A stretch of 27,552 bases of DNA, taken from a virus. The stretch's first letter is position 1, and each line of letters starts with the position of its first letter. The notes below the pieces were generated by a model that saw nothing but the letters and a program-made list of their open reading frames with translations, ran no database searches and was not told where the DNA came from. Shown piece by piece: positions 26,292-27,552 of the stretch. The stretch covers positions 1 to 27,552 of IMG/VR virus record IMGVR_UViG_644736385_000001; one strand, written 5' to 3'. A program made the position numbers and the translations under genes.

Positions 26292-26780
26292 TCATTTACC
26301 TTCTCTATGGAAAAAGACTTCAATGTTCTTTGACGGCTGACCTATTAACATATTTATATATTCTATAAAAACATAAACAATTAATGACATAATTTGTGCA
26401 GGAGTATAATCTTTAGGAGGGTAGCATAACCACGGAGTTCTCCAATCATTATTTTCATCAATAATCATCAAAGATATAGGACCTACACTCTTATGTTTCA
26501 TCCAGCACTTTCCATCATCCAATTTTTTATAAGAAATAGTGCATAGAATTTCATGTGGCGTTACATTTAAATAGTAATATCGCTTTTCAAGCCAATCAAC
26601 GTATATCTGCACTTCTGAGACTATCTGTCTGTCATGTATAATCTTACCAAACTGTTGCAATATGTCACAAAACGAAATTACATCCGACAATGTCCAATAA
26701 TTTACCTGTTTTTTATCCAATCTTTTTAATCTACTTACTAATCTTTTTAGGTCGTTACGGTCCTCAGGTGATAGTGCCAT
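26292..26780 (-). CDS. Hypothetical protein
   Basis: 162-aa ORF with GGTGG RBS; no recognised motif. Confidence 0.6.
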   Translation of the reverse strand: MALSPEDRNDLKRLVSRLKRLDKKQVNYWTLSDVISFCDILQQFGKIIHDRQIVSEVQIYVDWLEKRYYYLNVTPHEILCTISYKKLDDGKCWMKHKSVGPISLMIIDENNDWRTPWLCYPPKDYTPAQIMSLIVYVFIEYINMLIGQPSKNIEVFFHREGK

Positions 26781-26895
26781 ACTGCCACCATATTTAAGTT
26801 TGTTGATATTTGTAGGATAGTGTCCCGAGATGTGTCGGATTTAGAGATAAATATAATTCTTTGAGATTTTACAAAATTCTAAATAATTTATGTCC

Positions 26896-27121
26896 TATTT
26901 TTGGTTTAGAGTCCAAATTATGAAATCGTATAATTTGGGCTTATCTCTAAGGTATTCAAACTTAATTGTTCTTATTTTCTTGGTTTAGGGAATATAAACC
27001 GTTATCTAAGTATCTCGGTTTAAATGTTACTAAACCGCATAATCTCAATAAATTGACCTTTTAAGTCCAGAGATGAGAACATTTTAAGCTTTTTTACAAA
27101 TAAGACTCTAAACCAAAAATA
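26896..27121. repeat. 226-bp segment bounded by perfect 18-bp inverted repeats, with internal palindromes
   Basis: TATTTTTGGTTTAGAGTC (26896-26913) and GACTCTAAACCAAAAATA (27104-27121). Confidence 0.85.
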
Positions 27122-27195
27122 AACCATTTTTCTTTGAGTTTTGAACAAAATAAGGCAAATGTTTGTCCATCTCAGAATTGATATATAGTTCTATA

Positions 27196-27552
27196 TTACC
27201 CATGCTCAGATATGGAATTTTGTGAATCCAAATCTATGACTTTGAAATGAATTTCAAGTGCTTGGTTATCTTTTAACTTTTCAAATGTTTTCAATAGCTT
27301 TAAGATTTTTAACGCTTCTTTACCTCTTTCAGTGATTGAATAATATGATTTTACTCTACCACCCTCATAATCGCTTTTTTCTGTTTTACTTACTAATCCT
27401 TCAAGCAATAACTCTGATAAAAGCAATGTTAAATTACTTGGATTTATGCCTGTTTTTCTTTGAAGTTGTCCAAAAAACATCTCACCCTCTTCCTCAAGAA
27501 GTTCAAGAATTTTATCAACGTTTTTCTTCATTAATGTTTTTCTAATCATCAT
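27196..27552 (-). CDS. Winged-helix transcription regulator (MarR/ArsR/PadR-like); 5' end at the window edge
   Basis: ILELLEEEGEMFFGQLQRKTGINPSNLTLLLSELLLEGLVSK...YYSITERGKEAL. Confidence 0.85.
   Translation of the reverse strand: MMIRKTLMKKNVDKILELLEEEGEMFFGQLQRKTGINPSNLTLLLSELLLEGLVSKTEKSDYEGGRVKSYYSITERGKEALKILKLLKTFEKLKDNQALEIHFKVIDLDSQNSISEHG

Larger units (their letters stand above)
925..27552. mobile_element. Integrated head-tail archaeal provirus (siphovirus-like), right end outside the window
   Basis: Begins directly after a tRNA 3' end. Contains terminase, portal/MuF, prohead protease, capsid, tail tube, tail chaperone and tape measure genes with no obvious broken frames. Integrase and distal att are not in the window. 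Confidence 0.93.

Noticed and set aside
26896-27121. Definite IS/MITE call
   Set aside because: No flanking target-site duplication, no transposase, and only one copy in the window; kept only as an alternative hypothesis.
925-27552. Integrase gene and attR
   Set aside because: No tyrosine-recombinase R...H..R...Y pattern and no second copy of the tRNA 3' half were found; both are probably right of the window.

Overview
AT-rich window from a hyperthermophilic Methanococcales archaeon, most likely Methanocaldococcus. Evidence: the PSTK is very close to MJ1538 as I recall it, and GGTGA/GAGG ribosome-binding sites and TTTATA boxes occur throughout. Host genes pstK (1-747) and tRNA-Ser(UGA) (835-924) are followed by an apparently intact head-tail (siphovirus-like, HK97-fold) provirus. 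It starts at the tRNA and runs past the right edge; no integrase or second att copy is visible. Modules: (1) a leftward packaging operon (XRE-HTH, gpG-like morphogenesis protein, TerL, portal-MuF fusion, TerS candidate); (2) a divergent rightward virion operon (protease/scaffold, decoration protein, major capsid, connectors, tail tube, tail chaperone, tape measure, distal tail/hub/adhesin); (3) a leftward early operon with an archaeal histone variant and a RecA/RadB-fold ATPase; (4) an accessory region of convergent gene blocks bounded by short direct repeats, with two toxin-antitoxin-like modules. It recalls the Methanocaldococcus virus MFTV1; that is from memory and needs a BLAST. Best observations: a virus-borne MJ1647-like histone; an unannotated tail-chaperone extension reachable only by a +1 shift at TCC-TTT-CGC; a GC-rich structured leader behind tandem operators; a repeat-bounded cassette region; and a GGTTTA palindrome array inside 18-bp inverted repeats. 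All product calls are motif recognition by eye, not database results.
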